Positions 28,641-32,000 of a DNA stretch of 32,000 nucleotides are shown here, one piece after another. The stretch lies in contig NC_016893.1 in assembly GCF_000247565.1 (NCBI RefSeq), positions 540,001 to 572,000 on the forward strand, read 5' to 3'. The notes beneath the pieces were generated by a model, which was not told the DNA's origin, did not search any database, and saw only the letters and a list, made by a program, of their open reading frames with translations. The position numbers were made by a program, and so were the translations under genes. The stretch is from Wigglesworthia glossinidia endosymbiont of Glossina morsitans morsitans (Yale colony). GTDB lineage: Bacteria > Pseudomonadota > Gammaproteobacteria > Enterobacterales > Enterobacteriaceae. Numbering within the stretch: position 1 is the first letter of the stretch; every line of letters starts with the position of its first letter.

Positions 28641-29252
28641 ATGTATTATACGTGTTCTAATACATGGTTATCACGACATTTTTCAGATAAATTTGTTAAA
28701 GAATCTAAGCGTTTTGGATATAGATCTCGTGCTTGGTTTAAGTTAGACGAAATGCAAAAAGCAAATAATATAATTACCTCTGGCATGACCGTTTTAGATC
28801 TAGGATCTTCTCCCGGAGGATGGTCCCAATACGCGTCTCAAAAAGTTAACAATTTGGGTCATGTAATTTCTTGCGATATTAAACCTATGCTTGAAGTATC
28901 AAAAGTATCATTTATTTTAGGTGACGCATTTAAAAAAGATGTTTTAAAAAAAATTTGCAAAATAAAAAATAAAGTAGATGTCATTTTATGCGATATTGCT
29001 CCTAACATTACCGGAATAACAGAGATTGATCATCCAAAATGTATAAGCATAAATTATAAGGCGCTAAATTTATGCAAGTATATATTACTAAAAAATGGAA
29101 AATTTATTATTAAAAGTTTTAATGGATCAGAATTTAAAAGATATTATACAGCAATAAAAAAATTATTCAAAAAAACAAAAATTTTTAAACCAGTTGCTTC
29201 TCGATTAAATTCTCAGGAAATATATATTATAGCAATTGGTTATAAAGTATAA
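28641..29252 (+). CDS. rlmE: 23S rRNA U2552 2'-O-ribose methyltransferase RlmE (FtsJ/RrmJ)
   Basis: 203 aa. WL..HFSDK.V......G.RSRAWFKLDE.Q, GMTV.DLG..PGGWSQY, D.APN..G and E.YI.A.G are present. It sits directly upstream of ftsH, as in E. coli. Confidence 0.93.
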   Translation: MYYTCSNTWLSRHFSDKFVKESKRFGYRSRAWFKLDEMQKANNIITSGMTVLDLGSSPGGWSQYASQKVNNLGHVISCDIKPMLEVSKVSFILGDAFKKDVLKKICKIKNKVDVILCDIAPNITGITEIDHPKCISINYKALNLCKYILLKNGKFIIKSFNGSEFKRYYTAIKKLFKKTKIFKPVASRLNSQEIYIIAIGYKV

Positions 29253-29295
29253 TATTTTTTAAATATCATTAAATAAATTAAATGAGGTTACTTTC

Positions 29296-31215
29296 TTGAG
29301 CGACATGGCTAAAAACTTAATTCTTTGGCTAATTATCGCAGTTGTTTTAATGTCTGTTTTTCAAAGTTTCGGGCCAAGTGATTCTAATAGACGTAAAGTA
29401 GATTATTCAACTTTTATGCTAGAATTAAATCAAGAGCAAATTAAAGAAACTCGTATCAATGGTCGAGAAGTTGTGGTTTTTAAAAAAGATGGTAGTAGAT
29501 ATACAACTTATATTCCAATTAATGATTCTAAATTATTAGATATTCTCTTATCAAAAAATGTAAAAATAATCGGAGAACCCCCAGAAGAACCAAGTTTACT
29601 AACTTCTATTTTTATTTCCTGGTTTCCTATGTTGTTATTAATCGGAGTATGGATATTTTTTATGCGTCAAATGCAAGGAGGCGGTGGAAAAGGAGCAATG
29701 TCTTTTGGAAAAAGCAAAGCGCGCATGTTAACAGAAGATCAAATTAAAACAACATTTCTAGATGTTGCTGGTTGTGATGAAGCAAAAGAAGAAGTAAGCG
29801 AATTAGTGGATTATTTAAAAGAACCAAAACGATTTCAAAAATTAGGTGGCAAAATTCCTAAAGGTATACTTATGATCGGTCCTCCTGGAACAGGTAAAAC
29901 ATTGTTAGCCAAAGCTATTGCAGGAGAAGCTAAAGTACCATTTTTCACAATTTCAGGATCTGATTTTGTAGAAATGTTTGTAGGAGTTGGCGCTTCTAGA
30001 GTAAGAGATATGTTTGAACAAGCCAAGAAAACTGCACCATGTATTATATTTATTGATGAAATTGATGCAGTAGGACGTCAAAGAGGTGCCGGATTAGGAG
30101 GAGGACATGACGAACGTGAGCAAACATTAAATCAAATGTTAGTAGAAATGGATGGTTTTGAAGGAAATGAAAGCATTATCGTAATTGCTGCTACTAACAG
30201 ACCAGATGTTTTAGATCCAGCATTATTAAGACCAGGAAGATTCGACAGACAAGTTATCGTAGGATTACCCGATGTACGCGGAAGAGAGCAAATATTAAAA
30301 GTACATATGAAACAGGTTCCTGTTGCTTCTGATGTAGATTCTGCAATTATTGCACGCGGTACTCCTGGATTTTCGGGAGCAGATTTGGCAAATTTAGTAA
30401 ATGAAGCAGCTTTATTTGCAGCAAGAAAAAATAATATACATGTATCAATGACAGAATTTGAAAAAGCAAAAGATAAAATTATGATGGGCACTGAAAGAAG
30501 ATCCATGGTAATGACAGAAATACAGAAAGAAGCTACTGCATATCACGAAGCAGGACATGCGATTGTTGGTCGTCTAGTACCAGCACATGATCCAGTACAT
30601 AAAGTCACTATTATTCCTAGAGGACGCGCTCTAGGAATTACTTTCTTTCTACCTAAAGGCGATATAATTAGTACTAGTAGACAAAAATTAGAAAGTCAAA
30701 TTTCTACTTTATATGGCGGGAGACTTGCAGAAGAAATTATTTATGGAATTTCTCAAGTTTCTACTGGAGCATCTAATGATATTAAAGTAGCCACATCTAT
30801 TGCACGCAATATGATTACACAGTGGGGTTTTTCTGATAAACTTGGTCCATTGCTATATGCAGAAGAAGAAGGAGAAATATTTCTAGGTCGATCAGTTGTA
30901 AAATCTAAACATATTTCTGATAAAACAGCGTGTATTATTGATCAAGAAATTAGAGCTTTGATTGAGAAAAATTACTTAAGAGCTCGTAAATTAATTCTAG
31001 AAAATATTGATATTTTACATGCTATGAAAGACGCTTTAATGCAATATGAAACTATCCACGCTTATCAAATTGATGATTTAATGAATCGAAAACCAGTGCG
31101 TCCACCATCTGATTGTACTGAAACAAAAACAAAAACTCATAGTGCAACAAATCGATTAGCAAATCAAAATCAAGCAAACATTATCAATAAAAGTGTTTTC
31201 AATCAAATTCAATAA
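29296..31215 (+). CDS. ftsH: ATP-dependent zinc metalloprotease FtsH (HflB)
   Basis: Near-identical to E. coli FtsH ([24 protein letters not shown]). It has Walker [14 protein letters not shown], Walker [10 protein letters not shown], the SRH region and the zinc site HEAGHA. The ORF opens with a TTG at 29296 (GAGGT 7 nt upstream). The alternative ATG at 29305 gives the MAKNL N-terminus. Confidence 0.96.
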   Translation: MSDMAKNLILWLIIAVVLMSVFQSFGPSDSNRRKVDYSTFMLELNQEQIKETRINGREVVVFKKDGSRYTTYIPINDSKLLDILLSKNVKIIGEPPEEPSLLTSIFISWFPMLLLIGVWIFFMRQMQGGGGKGAMSFGKSKARMLTEDQIKTTFLDVAGCDEAKEEVSELVDYLKEPKRFQKLGGKIPKGILMIGPPGTGKTLLAKAIAGEAKVPFFTISGSDFVEMFVGVGASRVRDMFEQAKKTAPCIIFIDEIDAVGRQRGAGLGGGHDEREQTLNQMLVEMDGFEGNESIIVIAATNRPDVLDPALLRPGRFDRQVIVGLPDVRGREQILKVHMKQVPVASDVDSAIIARGTPGFSGADLANLVNEAALFAARKNNIHVSMTEFEKAKDKIMMGTERRSMVMTEIQKEATAYHEAGHAIVGRLVPAHDPVHKVTIIPRGRALGITFFLPKGDIISTSRQKLESQISTLYGGRLAEEIIYGISQVSTGASNDIKVATSIARNMITQWGFSDKLGPLLYAEEEGEIFLGRSVVKSKHISDKTACIIDQEIRALIEKNYLRARKLILENIDILHAMKDALMQYETIHAYQIDDLMNRKPVRPPSDCTETKTKTHSATNRLANQNQANIINKSVFNQIQ

Positions 31216-31235
31216 AATTAACATCATTAAAGCTT

Positions 31236-32000
31236 ATGCTTACAAAACTAAAGAATATATTATCAAAACCGTGCATCATGGGAATTTTAAATGTCACACC
31301 GGATTCGTTTTCTGATGGTGGACAGTTTACTTGCATAAACAAAGCGATTAATCACGTTCGTTTTATGATAGACTCGGGTGCTAAAATTATCGATGTTGGA
31401 GGAGAATCTAGTCGTCCAGGAGCAAAAAGGGTTAGCGAACTTGAAGAATCAGAACGAGTTATTCCAATAATAGAATATATTTTAAAAAAATTTAATGTGT
31501 TTGTTTCAGTAAATACATCGCATTTTTCTATTATGCAAGAATGTATAAAACTTGGTGTACATATAATAAATGATATTAGATCATTTTCTGAATGCAATTC
31601 GTTACATGATATTATTGATAGCGATGTTATGCTGTGCTTGATGCACATGAAAGGAAATCCAGAAAATATGCAAAAATTTCCACAGTATAAATGTATAAAA
31701 TCAGAAATAAAAGAATTTTTTACAAAAAAAATTTCTTTTTTTATTAATCAAGGAATAAAAAAAAATCGTATAATCATTGACCCCGGTTTTGGTTTCGGAA
31801 AAAATATGGAACATAATTATCATTTATTAGCAAATCTAAAAATTTTTTTAGAATTTCAAGTTCCTATACTTGTAGGATTTTCAAGAAAAGTAATGACAGA
31901 TATAAACAAAAAATATTTGCCAAATAAACGAATTATCGGAAGTATTGTATGTGCAATTCTTGCATGTATTGAAGGTGCATCTATTATTAGAGTACACGAT
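31236..32000 (+). CDS. folP: Dihydropteroate synthase, N-terminal 255 codons (3' end lies outside the window). It is not in the ORF track because no stop is reached.
   Basis: My own translation from the ATG at 31236 is MLTKLKNILSKPCIMGILNVTPDSFSDGGQ...IIDVGGESSRPGA...IINDI...LMHM.GNP..MQ...DPGFGFGKN..HNY.LL...VG.SRK...IIRVHD. It is collinear with E. coli FolP and follows ftsH, as in E. coli. Confidence 0.93.
   Translation, partial: MLTKLKNILSKPCIMGILNVTPDSFSDGGQFTCINKAINHVRFMIDSGAKIIDVGGESSRPGAKRVSELEESERVIPIIEYILKKFNVFVSVNTSHFSIMQECIKLGVHIINDIRSFSECNSLHDIIDSDVMLCLMHMKGNPENMQKFPQYKCIKSEIKEFFTKKISFFINQGIKKNRIIIDPGFGFGKNMEHNYHLLANLKIFLEFQVPILVGFSRKVMTDINKKYLPNKRIIGSIVCAILACIEGASIIRVHD

Noticed and set aside
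29835-30506. Two antisense ORFs within ftsH (29835-30026 at 63 aa, and 30132-30506 at 124 aa)
   Set aside because: They overlap the most conserved AAA+ core of ftsH, which is locally less AT-rich and so has few antisense stops. No start context or homology supports them.
31352-31648. A 98-aa minus-strand ORF near the window end
   Set aside because: The plus strand here encodes a clear FolP homolog (31236-32000, open to the window edge). The minus-strand ORF is its shadow.

Overview
This window is very AT-rich and gene-dense, with about 85% of it coding. It looks like the reduced genome of an Enterobacterales-derived insect endosymbiont, in the style of Wigglesworthia or Blochmannia. The organism cannot be assigned without a database search. 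I can support 30 intact protein genes, one frameshifted gene (lpxK), one small CDS missing from the ORF track (ycaR), three tRNAs and one clear rho-independent terminator. All genes are housekeeping: chaperonin, translation, lipid A/LPS export (msbA, lpxK, kdsB, lpxH), cofactor and precursor synthesis (ribB, folD, folP, hemCD, gshA, purEK, aroH), recA and ftsH. They sit in short blocks that keep E. coli gene order internally but are shuffled relative to one another. I see no IS elements, prophage genes, CRISPR arrays, toxin or defence genes, or orphan multi-gene cluster, so I cannot support a claim of a novel system here. The observations most worth a second look are listed below.
- lpxK is split into three frames by two shifts, each inside an A11 tract and each repaired by the same +1 A change. 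This could be transcriptional-slippage rescue or a homopolymer miscall.
- A GC-rich 13-nt direct repeat of the tRNA-Arg(UCU) 3' end brackets hemD-hemC at synteny breakpoints.
- polA is reduced to its 5'-nuclease domain.
- All three tRNA genes lack an encoded CCA, and cca lies in the same window.
- recA lacks its acidic C-terminal tail, recX and a LexA box.
- csrA is cleanly absent from the alaS-serV junction.
- ribB has no recognisable FMN riboswitch.
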